From Neocallimastix sp. 'constans' (lineage: Eukaryota), in NCBI GenBank assembly GCA_050613775.1, contig JBODTK010000015.1, positions 1,054,001-1,118,000 on the forward strand: 64,000 bases of DNA. The letters are read 5' to 3'. A model generated the notes under the pieces. That model had not been told where the DNA came from and did no database searches. It worked only from the letters and a program-made list of their open reading frames with translations. Position 1 is the stretch's first letter; each line of letters starts with the position of its first letter. Below, in pieces: positions 1-13,376 of the stretch. Both the position numbers and the translations under genes were made by a program.

Positions 1-189
1 CCATTCTTGGTGGTTACTACGGCACTTCTCCAATCGATTATACCTATTGCTATTGGCCAGCAATGGTCTTTGTTCAATAGGTTCAAATCGAATCGTACTA
101 CTACTACCAAGAGCGTCAATGCTGAAGAAACAGTAAGACAGGCCAGCAGGGCTAGCGCAACCAATGAAGATCATAATTTTGTTTCTTAA
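1..189 (+). CDS. Probable 3' end of a gene that starts before the window (hydrophobic segment then polar tail); product unknown
   Basis: Frame 1 is open from base 1 to TAA at 187-189 (PFLVVTTALLQSIIPIAIGQQWS...NFVS*). GC content is coding-like and drops sharply after the stop. Confidence 0.45.
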   Translation, partial: PFLVVTTALLQSIIPIAIGQQWSLFNRFKSNRTTTTKSVNAEETVRQASRASATNEDHNFVS

Positions 190-420
190 AATTATGATAA
201 ACATTGCGAAGTCAAAATTAATTATTATACTTCAGTATAAATAATGCCCTTGTGAAGTCTTACAAATATTAATTAAATGAAACAAGAATATATTATACCA
301 TTATTTTATTTTGTGTTTTATTTTTTTGTTTATTTTTTTTATCTTTTTTTTTTTTTTTTTATTTTATTACATGTATTTTATCAAATATTTAATTAATAAA
401 GATGAAACAAGTTTGCTGCC

Positions 421-470
<50 letters not shown>

Positions 471-503
471 TGTTGATTGAAGATGAAAAAGAAAAGAATA
501 AGT

Positions 504-538
<35 letters not shown>

Positions 539-783
539 AAATCATTAGATTTTATCAATGACTTTTTTTTTTTTATTTTATTTTTTTTTTATTATTAATT
601 TTGTTTGGATGTTAAAATAAAAGAAATTAACCTTTATTCTCTTCCTTCCTATTCATCAAGTTTAGATTGATGAACGTTCAAATTAATGAATATATTTTTA
701 GGTTTCCTTCTTGATGATTCTTATAGATGAGCTAGAATTATAAGTTACCTTGGAGAACAAATCATCTTTTTAAAAAGAACCTC

Positions 784-820
<37 letters not shown>

Positions 821-881
821 TATTTAAAAAAGAGTTTCCAGGTCTAATGTTCCATCTATGGTTAGCCTCACTCACAGATTA

Positions 882-917
<36 letters not shown>

Positions 918-1068
918 CAATACTATTACCAGTCATTAGTAACTCTCTAAAAAATTATTATTACATTTATAACTAATGATACATTTAAACTTGTTAGTAA
1001 ATAATGTAAATTGTTTCATAATTTATATAAAGATTCAGTATTTTCAGTTAAAATTTTTCTTGTAGGCT

Positions 1069-1113
<45 letters not shown>

Positions 1114-2461
1114 AATTTTCTCTATTAGGCTATTTTTATTTATTTATTTTTTTTTCAAAATAAATATGATTTTTTTAATAAAAAGTACAAAGAATCAGGT
1201 TAAGTTACCTTTCTTTAATAATTTTATGTTTTTTTTTTTTTTTTATGTTATCTATTCCCCCTCCCCTAAAATACAAATTTCTATTTGGGTTTTATATATA
1301 AGAAGTTATAATTATTAAATTTCTATCATTAATATATTAATGATAAGAAAATATTCAAACTTCTTGAATATCTTGCAATCATTAAGTATAGTTTATAGAT
1401 GGATAAACATATCATTTAAATATCTCTTTAGTATTTTCCTTAAACTTTTTGTCATCTATATTAATGATATCAAAATTTGGATTTACTTTAGTTTTAATTA
1501 TAAAGATTAAATATAATAAAGGCATGTTTAATTGTTTGAATAAATTTCAATATTTCATTAGATATGTTTTTTTTTTTTTTTTAAATATATGTTTTAATAA
1601 AAAAAAAATTGAAAAAATCATCTATGAAATTTGGAGTAACATATTTATCTGGAGCAGTAGATTTTTAAAATTTTGTTGTTTTTTTTGAAGAAAAATTTTT
1701 CTATTAATACATCCATTCTTCTTCAATTGATGAGTAAAAGTAATACCCTTTTTAATTTCATTTTCTTTTCGTATTAAATTTTATATTCGTGAAGTTATTA
1801 AATAGAAATCATTTGTATAAAATATCTTTACATTTAATTGACATTAATTTTACAATAATGTTAACATAGAATTAATCTTTATTATTCTGATATATTTACA
1901 GAATGATATTAATATTTGTATATTTTAATGAATATATTATTATGTAATATATAAATAAAAAGTAATTTACAAACTAAATTACTAAGCAATATATAAATAT
2001 ATTGTAACATATAGCATAATCTGTTTAAATACAATATTATTACTATTTACTAATATGAATTTAATTATTTTTTTTTTACTATCTATTTATTACCCGTTAT
2101 TATTCTATCCTATAATAAAATAGCTACTTTATATAATTAAGTCATCTAAATGTAGCTTTCTGAGCTAAATTAGAATATATGATTTAAATTAAACCTATTG
2201 TCATTCCTTTAAACTATATTATTCTTTTAATTTAAATATTTAAATTAATAATAAATAGATTCTTTATATTTAGATCAATAATAAATAGATTCTTTTTGGT
2301 AATATACACACTCTAAAACTTAATAAAATCAATATAGGACCTTTTAAATTTTGAATATATAATTTATGTTATTGTTATTCAAACTAACCCTAAATAATTC
2401 AACTTTATTTAAACAAATGATTTATTTTTTTTTATTTTTTTTTATTTTTTTTATATATTAA

Positions 2462-2646
2462 ATTTACAAAGTATTGAAATATCTAAACCAAAACATTAAA
2501 AGATGTCCGAAACTTAAAGGCTTTTATCAAAAAAAGAGATATAACGAAATTCTTCGTATGGCCATCGCTGATTCCGTTGAAATCATTCTTAATACTATTG
2601 CCCATCAAACTAAGCTAAATGAAAAGGGTAAAAACTTTTATGAATA

Positions 2647-2679
<33 letters not shown>
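2462..2679 (+). mobile_element. Short 5'-truncated retroposed fragment (coding-like 3' end plus poly(A))
   Basis: 61 open codons (IYKVLKYLNQNIKRCPKLKGFYQKKRYNEILRMAIADSVEIILNTIAHQTKLNEKGKNFYE*) end in TAA TAA directly followed by about 30 A. No clear start or TSD. Confidence 0.4.
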
Positions 2680-2682
<3 letters not shown>

Positions 2683-3015
2683 TATGAAGATATATAATTT
2701 ATTCTTATAGTTTTCTTAATCTTGCTTTTCTCTATAAAATTAATATTTTTATTTTATTTTTTTTTTTTTTTGAGTTTTATCTTCCTTGAAATAAATTTTC
2801 TTCTATCAAGTTATAATGTATTTTTATGCGTTTCTTGCATTTTGTATTCATGATCATTTCAAATTTTCAATCAGCTTATTATTAGTCTTCCTTAAATTGA
2901 CGAAATAGGCAACTTTCATTTAAATTTAAAATTCCAATTTATTATTTTATTTTTTTTTTTTTTTTTTTTTTTTTTGATATAATACCATGTCCGAGCAAAT
3001 GATTCTTTTGCTAAG

Positions 3016-3053
3016 AATCTTTCTGAGAATCAGATGAGATTCTCAGAAAGATT
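3016..3053. repeat. Perfect 16-bp inverted repeat with 6-nt loop
   Basis: aatctttctgagaatc (3016-3031), loop agatga, gattctcagaaagatt (3038-3053). Confidence 0.85.
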
Positions 3054-3239
3054 TAGGTTTTATAATTGTGTCAACTTTCTTAATATATCTAATGATAAAG
3101 AGAGTTACTAGCACTTAATTATTCTAAATTAAATATTTTTATACTATTACACTGTGGCTTTTTCATTATTGCGATATTATTAAATAAATAAAAATGTTAA
3201 ATAAACTTAAAATGAATATTTTTTATTAAAATTATAAAA

Positions 3240-3298
<59 letters not shown>

Positions 3299-5020
3299 TT
3301 ATTTTGGTTATATCATAGTTTTAATAATAAAGATAATTTTTTTTTTTTTAGTAGCTCTCTTATTAATAAATAGAATTATATATAATATATAGAAATATAA
3401 ATTTATTTGTTTATACATATATATAATATATTTCTAATTTATAAAATCAATTTATATAAAGATAATTAATATACTAAATATGAAAAAAAAAAAAAAAATT
3501 TTTAGTCTAATTTATTAATATACTTAATCTTTTCAGTTTTTTTTTTTTTAATTATTAAAGAAAAATTATTTACATAATGCAAATATATATATATAATTTG
3601 ATTGTTATTTAAAGAAATAATAGTAAAATAATAATAAAATAAAATATTTAAATAATATTATTAAAATTAATTATAGATATCCAAGAATGTCATGAATTTC
3701 ATTAGAAAGTTTATTAGTTTATTAGTAGAATTACCACATTTACCCAAATACTCATTGTTCATTTCTATATTCAATGTCTAATTCATTTTATCTTAAATTA
3801 TTTTTTTTGAGGGATACATATGGAGATAGAATCCCTGGTACAATATAGTCATTAGAGACTAGCACAATTCTCTTTCTGCCAAAGTTATCTTCTCATCTAG
3901 TAATAAAATTTTTTTTTTTTTTTTTTTATTTATTAATGTGAAATTTTTTTTGTTTTCTTAAAAGGAAATAAAATTTATTAAAATAAAGGAAAAAATAATT
4001 GAATTTATTTTTGGTTTCACAAATTTTTTACCATAAATATATTCTAATATATTCTAATATATTAATGAATAGAGAGAAGGAAAAAATAAAAAAAAATTTT
4101 GGAATGAAAAAAAATAATAATTTTAAAGTTTATTCAAAACAAAAAAAAATAATTAATTATTATTATTATATAAAATATTTTTAATAATTATTATTTTAAT
4201 ATATAAACAATTTGAACATAATACAAAAATATAAAAAAATTAATAAATAAAGTTTATTTAATCTATTGAACAGTTTTAATTTAATTGTTGACAAATTTAT
4301 ATAAATTGAACAAATTAATATGAAAAAAAGTTATTTATTAAGTAAATAAATGGAATAATAAGTAAATAAATAATAAGTAAATAAATGGAATAATAAGTAA
4401 ATAAATAATTTAATAATAAATAATAATAAATAAATAATAGATAAATAAATAAATAAATAAATAAATAAATGAAATTCTTTTATTTTTAATTTATTTTTAA
4501 TCTTAGCTTTTTTTTGTTTTATAAAGTTTATTTATTATAATTCTTTTTGTAAATTATTTATTTATTTACTTATAATTCTATTTTATGATCATTTATTTAT
4601 TTATTATTTGTTAATTAATATTATTCTTACTTTTATTTATTTGCTTATTATTTCATTTATTTATTTATTATTGATATATTATTTATTTATTATTTATTTA
4701 TTTAATTATTTATTTTATTAATTAATTATTTAATATTTTTTAATATTTATTTGTTTTTTTTCTTTTTTGGAAATTAAATCTAATATATTTTATATATAGA
4801 ATATATTAATAATTAATTGATATTAAATATAATTAAAACGTTTTTAATTATTTCCATAGATTAAAGTATATTGAATAATATTCTCGAATAATTAAACTAT
4901 TGTGTTGATTAATTAAATTATAGATTGATAATATATTATTAATAAACTGATAGTACTATAATAATATTAATTTTAATATAATTGGTTGTATTAGTTTTAT
5001 TTTAATAGTATTTAATAATT

Positions 5021-5024
<4 letters not shown>

Positions 5025-5055
<31 letters not shown>

Positions 5056-5084
5056 TAATAATAATAATAATAAATAATAATAAT

Positions 5085-5140
<56 letters not shown>

Positions 5141-5188
5141 ATAAATAATAATAATAATAATTATAAATAATAAATAATAATAATAATA

Positions 5189-5268
<80 letters not shown>
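5025..5268. repeat. (AAT)n microsatellite, imperfect
   Basis: Long aataataat run seen directly. Similar tracts lie at about 3240-3297, 6140-6223, 45405-45540 and 50490-50740. Confidence 0.9.
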
Positions 5269-5269
<1 letters not shown>

Positions 5270-6139
5270 TAAAATTATTTATAGTTATTTTTACTTATAA
5301 TTTAATTGAATCATTCATTTAATTATATAAAATTTTATTATAAATATATTTAAATTATTAATATTTATTCAATTATTTATTATTATATATAAAGGAATTT
5401 TTTAAAAAAAAAAATTAAAAGTTTTGGTACTTTTTGCTTTTATTTATTTTCTTAATGTATTAAATTTATACAACTTTTATAATTTTATAATTTTTATTTT
5501 ATTTTATTTTAATTTTTTTTTTTTTTATTTTTTTCTTTATTTTTATTTTTTTCTTTAATTTAATTTAATAAAATAATACTGTAAAAAAGAAATAAAAAAA
5601 GAATTGTAAAATAATAATAATAATAATTTAAAGAAAAAGAAAGAAAGAAGCAAAGAAGAAAAAAAAAAAAGAGAGAAAAATAATAAATTAATAATAAAAA
5701 TTTTATTTGTTTTATTGTATTTTCTTTAACAATTTTTTTTTTTTTTTTTTCTTTTTTTCTTTTCTTTTAAAATATATACTTTAAAAATATAAAATATATA
5801 CTTTTATTTTTTTTTTTATATATATCAATGTTTAAATAATATATATAATATATAAACATATTTTTTGTTTAATTCTCAAAAGTATTTAAAGTGATTTCAA
5901 AAGAAATTTTAATTTTATCTTAATTTAATAGCAATCTTGTATTCAATTCATATATAATTAATAGTCACAAGTAAATAATTTAATAGGTAAAATATTTTTG
6001 TATAATAATAAACTATTAAGAAGTACATTTCAATAAATAAATATATAACAATAAAAAGAAAAAAAAAAAAATTCTTTGAACACTTTATAAATTAATTTTG
6101 AATGGTTAAATTATAATTAAAAGAATAACAACAGATATA

Positions 6140-6227
<88 letters not shown>

Positions 6228-6898
6228 TAAATAAAGAAAAAAAAAAAAAAAAAACAATATATGTATATAATAATAAATTAAATATATAAATAAAGCCAAA
6301 AACTAAAAAATAAAAAAATAATAATAATAATAAATATTTATATGTTACAAAAATAAAATTTAAAAATAACAGTAATATAATAAAACATAAAAACTTTTTT
6401 AATAAAATATATATATATAAAGTAGTCATTATAAAAAATCTTTAAAAAAATAAATCTTATTAAAAAAAAATAACCAGGAAAAATTGTAAAAATAGATATC
6501 AAATAATTGTCATAAGTATATCGAATAGAAAACAAGCTAAATTTAAAGAAAAAAAAATATATATATATATATACATTCAAAGTAAACAATCTAGATTTTT
6601 GAAATTCAATTTAAAAAAAATAAAAAATAAAATAAATCATATTTAAAAACAAAATAATGTAAGTAATAAAATAATGTTCAATACTATAAAATATATATCT
6701 ATTTACCTTTATATATATCTTAATATTAAATATTAGAGTATTTGTTTTATTTTTATATATATATAATAAAATGTTAATATGAATATATTTTTTATCATTT
6801 TATAAAATATATATATATTTATATATTACTATCATAATTAAATAAAGACATACTACTTAATAATATTATATTACAATAAATATATATATATTATAATA

Positions 6899-6933
<35 letters not shown>

Positions 6934-7203
6934 GTTATTATAATTATTATACTATTTTCTTTTATCATAAAATATAATATTTTTAAATACTAATATGATA
7001 TTTTATTTATTTATAAAACAAATAGATAGAATAAAAGAATAATATATATATATAAAAGATAAAATTTAAACTTAAAAACAAAACAAAAAAAAAAATTATT
7101 TATTTATAGAGAATAAAGAAAAAAAAAAAAAAAAAAAAAAAAACTTCAACCAAAACAAAAACAAATAATTTATTTCATAAAGAATAAAAAAAAAAAAAAA
7201 AAA

Positions 7204-8730
7204 ATGCTTTCATCCCAATCTACACTTCAAACATTATCTAGAACTGGTACGCCAGTTGGTAGCTTTGGGTCTTCAAAAGATTCACTAGTTTACAATGAAA
7301 AAAGACAAGTTCCAGCAAAATCAATTAGAAGACGTACAGAATCTTTAAGTGCTTCTACTAAAAATAATGCTGATACCGCTACTTCTTCTAGAAACGGTTC
7401 TGATTCCACTCACCACTATCATGCTCCAAAAGAAAGAGAACAACAGCAACAAGATTATCGTCAAATCCCTCCCACCTCTCTTATGCATTGGACAAAAATT
7501 AAAACAGTTGGTAAAAATAAGCCAAAAGCATTAAGAGGACATTCTATGACATTAGTGGACGAAAAAATTTTCATTTTCGGTGGTAGTGATACGGAAACCT
7601 GTTACAATGATTTATATATTTTTGATACTGAAACTTATTGGTGGACTTTGCATAAAACGAAAGGTATGGTACCACCTCCAAGACCATGCCGTGCCCATTC
7701 TGCTAATCTTATTGGTGATTATATTTATGTCTTTGGTGGTGGTAACGGACCAACGTATTTCAACACACTCTATCTCTTAAACACCAAAACACTTTGTTGG
7801 GAGAAACCTGAAGTTCATGGTCAAATTCCAAGTCCAAGAAGAGCTCACACTTCCTGGGTTTACAAAGGTTTATTATATATTTTTGCTGGTGGTGATGGTA
7901 TGTGTGCCTTAAATGATATCTATGTCTTATCGAAGGAAGAAACCACCGTCAATTCTAATCCAAACTCCATTAATAACAGCCCAGCGATTAAAATGACACA
8001 ATTGGGCGTAAAACCAATCAATGCTTTTACCGATATAAATAGTATTAATAATAGTATCGACAATTCTATTGATAGTAACAGTTTCAATGATCCTAAAGAA
8101 AATTATATGTATGAAAATAATGCTTCCAAGAATACTATTCATCATTCCAACTCTATTTCATACAGAAATCATATGACACGTAATGAAGATGATGGTATTA
8201 CCTCTAATCCACGTCTCCGATATGTTTGGACTAAAATTACGACCACAGGTAAGGCCCCAAGTCCAAGAGGTTATCATACCAGTAATTTAATTAAAAATGA
8301 CACTGGAAATAAGGTGATCATCTTTGGTGGTTCGGATGGTCATGAATGTTTCAGCGAATTATTTATATTAGATTTAGATGAAAATCATTGGACTAGAGTC
8401 GATACAGATAGACCTATTCCAAGACTTAGTCATACGGCTACTCAAGTTGGTAGCTATCTTTTTATTATCGGTGGACATGATGGTAACCGTTATTCTCATT
8501 CTCTCATTTTATTAAATTTAGTTACGCTTCGTTGGGAAGTACGAAAGGTATATGGTGAGAGACCTTCAAGTAGAGGTTATCATTCAGCTATATTATCGGA
8601 TAGTCGTATCTTCTTATATGGAGGTTATGATGGTCATAGAGTTTTCAGTGATATGTATGTTTTAGATTTAAGTTCTTCTGCCTATCTTCCACAAATTACA
8701 AAATTTAAAATTGGTGGTATCAGTGATTAG
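7204..8730 (+). CDS. Kelch-repeat beta-propeller protein (508 aa, intronless), six blades with an Asn-rich insert between blades 3 and 4
   Basis: Repeated kelch motifs: ALRGHS..IFIFGG, PCRAHS..IYVFGG, PRRAHT..LYIFAGG, PRGYHT..VIIFGG, PRLSHT..LFIIGG, SRGYHS..IFLYGG, with spaced W/Y residues. ATG follows an A-run. Confidence 0.92.
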   Translation: MLSSQSTLQTLSRTGTPVGSFGSSKDSLVYNEKRQVPAKSIRRRTESLSASTKNNADTATSSRNGSDSTHHYHAPKEREQQQQDYRQIPPTSLMHWTKIKTVGKNKPKALRGHSMTLVDEKIFIFGGSDTETCYNDLYIFDTETYWWTLHKTKGMVPPPRPCRAHSANLIGDYIYVFGGGNGPTYFNTLYLLNTKTLCWEKPEVHGQIPSPRRAHTSWVYKGLLYIFAGGDGMCALNDIYVLSKEETTVNSNPNSINNSPAIKMTQLGVKPINAFTDINSINNSIDNSIDSNSFNDPKENYMYENNASKNTIHHSNSISYRNHMTRNEDDGITSNPRLRYVWTKITTTGKAPSPRGYHTSNLIKNDTGNKVIIFGGSDGHECFSELFILDLDENHWTRVDTDRPIPRLSHTATQVGSYLFIIGGHDGNRYSHSLILLNLVTLRWEVRKVYGERPSSRGYHSAILSDSRIFLYGGYDGHRVFSDMYVLDLSSSAYLPQITKFKIGGISD

Positions 8731-9353
8731 AAAATAAATAAATAAATATAAATGAATAAACATAATTATATATATATAAATAAAATGTTAATAATAAAAT
8801 AATGAAATAATTTTATTTTATTTATATATATATATATGTATTTTTTTTTTTTTAAAAAAAAAAAAAAATGTAATTCATTTTAATTATTATTATTATTATT
8901 ATTTTATATATATATATATTATTATTAATAATATTATTTTTTTTTTATCATGATTTTTTTTATTATTATAAGATAAATAAACATTTAATAAAAAAAAATT
9001 ATTAAATATTATTATATATATATATTTTTATATATATATATTATTAATTTTTTTTTTTTAAAAAAAAAGATAATTTAACAAACATTTAATAAAAAATTAT
9101 TATATATATATTTATATATATATATATATATATTATTTTATTTTATTTTATTATATTTTAAAGATAATTTAATATTTAATAAATTAAGTTTTCCTATAAA
9201 TAAAAAATATATAAAAAAAAAAATAATATTAATATTCTTAATAATGATGTAAAATAAAAGAAAAAAAAAAAAATAAAAGAAAAAAAAAAAAAAAAGTTTA
9301 TAAAAAACTATTATAAAAATTAATATAATTACCATTCTTTGAATAAATATCAA

Positions 9354-9402
<49 letters not shown>

Positions 9403-9420
9403 TAAATAAAAATAAAAAAA

Positions 9421-9452
<32 letters not shown>

Positions 9453-10730
9453 AAAAATAAAATAAAATAAAATAAAAAAAATAAAAAAATAAATTAATAT
9501 TAGTATCCTTAATAATGATGTAAAATAAAAAAAATAAAAGTAAAAAAATAAAAATAAAAAAATAAAAAATTTTAAAAAAAAAACCATTATAATGTTCGAG
9601 ATTAAATATATTACGCTAAAAACTCTATAGATTATAATAAATAATAGCAAACAATATGCCCATTTTTTGCTATTTTTAGTACAAAAAACATAGGCATTTA
9701 ACTAGCTAATTTGATACTGGTTTTTGTACTAGTTTTAGTATGTTTTTGGGCATTCAAATAAAAAAGTCACGTTATTTATAATATTATATATTTTTAGCAT
9801 TATATTTATATAAACTATATAGCTAAATATAATTAATTAATATATATATATATATATATTGAACAATAATTGCATAGTTTAGATATTTGAATCAATAGAA
9901 CAATTATGCATAATATATTAGTATTGAACGATTATGCTGATTTATTGATTAATTAATTGAACTATTATTTTATATATCAATTAGCATAATAGCATAATAG
10001 ATATGTATATATATAAATAAAGTATATCAGCATTTGTTTTTTGCAAACCCAACTTATCTATCAACATAGCTGGAATATAGTATGCATGGCGCAGCATATC
10101 AACTATGCCAAGCATAAACCAGATAAGTTGGTTACATATGTCCAATAGTTTTAGTTTGTACAATAATATGCATCTATTTAGTGTATACTTTATACTATTA
10201 TTATTATTATATTAATATTATTATTTAAATATATATTTATTAAATATTATTTTATTTTATTTTATTTTATTTTATTTTATTTTATTCAATCTGTATTTTA
10301 TATTCATATTCTACTATTTATTTTATTTTATTTTATTTTATTTTATTTTAAAGTATTATCTCTATTTTAATATTATTTATTTTAATTGTCTTAAATAGTT
10401 GCATAGTATACAGTATATGCTAATTATGCTAATTATTTTTTATCTAATTATATTATTTAATTTTATTTATTTAAATATAAAATGATGATTTTAGTTAGTT
10501 GTTGATAGTTGAACTAGTTAGCATATACTGTATACTGATATTTGAAACAACAACATCGCTATGTCAATGTCATTCCAATAGTATCACAAAAAAACACTAC
10601 ACTATACATTATAACCACTCTACTTCATTTAAAAGGCAAAAAAAAAAAAAAAAAAAAAATTATTATTATTATTATTTTTTTTTATAATTTTTTTTTTTTT
10701 TTTCCTTTATTTTTAATTTATTTTAATTCA

Positions 10731-10735
<5 letters not shown>

Positions 10736-10784
<49 letters not shown>

Positions 10785-12340
10785 CAGGGAAGAGAATACA
10801 CTTCCAAAACTTTATTAAATTTTATTTTAAAAAATACATGTAGGTGAAAAGTACATTTGAAATTAAAAATAAAAAATTAAAAAAATAAAAAAATAAAAAA
10901 GCTCGAAAATACTATGTATTTCGGCAAGTTGTACTATGCGGGAATTTTTCCCTTCCTATCAAATAAAAAAGAAATAAAACCTAGAAGTAATATCTTTAAA
11001 ATAGATAGTGTGGTGTCCACTAAACTCTCCCCGGACTCATCATTTATTGAACTACCAGGGAGAGATTCATCCTTCGTAGCAATAGATGACGATCCTGTAT
11101 TATCATTATGCCTTATCAGTACGACGTCGACGCTCTTGGATAAGTTTGGTATTTTGCAATACCTATCAAATAATAGCTCAAACGAACTACTAATGATAGG
11201 TATTGCACTTGTTAAGAATTCCGCCAAGCCCACAATTTTTGGAACAGGTGACTCAGATGAACCTTTGAAAAGTAGTTCATTTAATTGTCTCTGTTCCCCA
11301 CTATCGAAATGTAGCTCATTTAAAACTAAAGTCCCACCAAGAAGGAACAAGTATATATAATGATTGATATAATCTTCAAAAATTAGAAATAGAGTCATAG
11401 GAAGAAAGAGGATTAAACACTCTAATCTTCCTAAGGAATAAAACATAGAGATCATCGATGAAATTTAAAGAATTCCATCTAAAAAGATGCAAGAGCATCG
11501 CAATTAAAAATCCAATGTTCAAAAGATTGTTTATCTTCGCCAACAACAGGGGCAATACTTGGGACAATCTTCTGAAACTCTACCCATTTTAATAGCAATA
11601 GTAGTATTGTATTTATAACCACAGCGTAAACGAATAATCCACGAAAACCCTAAGTTGAATTGGGGATATTTTAAACTAAGCATAATTATAGCTTTATTGT
11701 TTGAGAACTTATTACGATCGTAATTTTGACCTTTAATACCTTGAAATTTGGCAACTGATTTCCAGTAACGTTCTAAAATATCGTCATATTTTTCACATTT
11801 ATATTTTTTGATTTTTTTATACAGTGTTCTAGATTCTTTAGTCCAGGAATAATGATGCATTTTGGGAAATAGATTTAATAAGATCCTTTATAATACAGTT
11901 TTGATTTACTCCATTTTGCAAATGATTTAATCTGTAAGGCTGCGCAGACACCAGCAATAGGAGGAATGCTTAGATCTCGAGATAAAGCATAAGTACTCAT
12001 AGTAGAATTATGTTCTCATATAGTCATTGTCTTCTGAACTTGTTTTACCATTTTTAGAGAAGGAGCCGATACACCAAAATAGACCAGTATTAATTAATGT
12101 TTGAATTCTGGCCGTTCTGGATTTGTTTGAACCAAGTAAAGGAGAATAATAAATTACTTTACTAATAACAAAGGATTGAAGAACTTTTTTCTTGTATGCA
12201 ATAGGGATAAGTTTATTTGAGAAGAAATGTGTAAATGAAAGAAGGTATTTTCTAACTTTAAAATGCATGTGAGATATAATGTGTTCTAGTAAGAGATCAT
12301 CAGAAAAAGGAATACCAAGATAAATATAACTAGAAACTTT
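10736..12340 (-). mobile_element. 5'-truncated, frameshifted non-LTR retrotransposon (LINE): end of RT, CCHC zinc knuckle, 3' UTR and poly(A) tail
   Basis: Minus strand begins SSYIYLGIPFSDDL (post-RT YLG motif), then IRLRCGY and CPKYCPCC...FEHWIFNC across broken ORFs 12008-12268, 11531-11860 and 10934-11455. A ~46-nt T run at 10736-10781 is the poly(A) tail. Confidence 0.85.
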
Positions 12341-12362
12341 AAAATTTTTTGTATTAAATCTT

Positions 12363-12403
<41 letters not shown>

Positions 12404-12743
12404 ATTATTTATTTATATATTTATTTATTTAATAAGAATAAAGAAAATTAGAGGTAGAAAGATAAAAGATAAAAAAAAAAAAATAGCACAACTTTTTTTT
12501 TTTTTTTTTTTTTAATAGTAATTTTTTTTAAATTTTTAATTAAAATAAAAATATTTTATTTTATTTCAATTTTATTTCAATTTTATTTTATTTTTATTTT
12601 ATTTTAATTTTTAATTTTATTTTCATTTTATTTTAATTTTATTTTAAATATTTATTTATTAATTTTATTTTATTTTATTTACTTATTGTTTTATTTTATT
12701 TTTTGCTTTATAATTTATAAATACTTTTTTTGCAAAAAAAAAG

Positions 12744-12778
<35 letters not shown>

Positions 12779-12939
12779 ATATTATATATAAATGTTTAAA
12801 AAAATTTAATATTATTTGAAGAAAAAAAAAAAAAAAAACTTGTTAAATCTTTATTATTTATTATTTAATTGTGAAATGTAAATATTTAGATAAAAAAAAA
12901 ATAAATTTAAAAATATAAATAGTTTTTTTTTTTTTTTTT

Positions 12940-12982
<43 letters not shown>

Positions 12983-12989
12983 CTCTCTT

Positions 12990-13345
12990 TTATCCATAAT
13001 ACTGATAGGGTGCAATATGTAAAATTGATATAACTTGTAATTGATTTTTCATTTCAGTAATTAAAATTTGATTATTATTTTCATATAATAATTTTAAAGA
13101 ATTACTTGGTATAATTTGTTTAACTACTTCTGGTGAATTTTCTTCCCATATACTAATAGAATTATGTTCAAATGAAATAATATATGGGGGGCAATAAGCA
13201 AAGGTAGTAGGTGTTCCAAACCATCTAAATATAATATCTGGTCTTGATCGATTACCATTTTTATCTAAATAAAATCCTACCTCTAATAATAATAATAATA
13301 ATAAGTTAAAATATTAATATATTAATATATATTTTTTTAAAAAAA

Positions 13346-13376
<31 letters not shown>

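Noticed and set aside
1340..1800. Possible decayed transposase or RT fragment on the minus strand (KSTAPDKYVTPNFIDDF)
   Set aside because: Too degraded to assign by eye; the same holds for patches at about 600-880, 3680-3900, 24380-24560, 25580-26150, 54820-55000, 61200-61320, 62310-62480 and 63240-63480.
311..6589. Many 60-110 aa ORFs rich in F, L, I, Y, K (also at 9138-9650, 21456-22274, 30097-30907, 50423-51385, 62502-62753)
   Set aside because: They are translations of poly(A/T) tracts and microsatellites, not protein-like.
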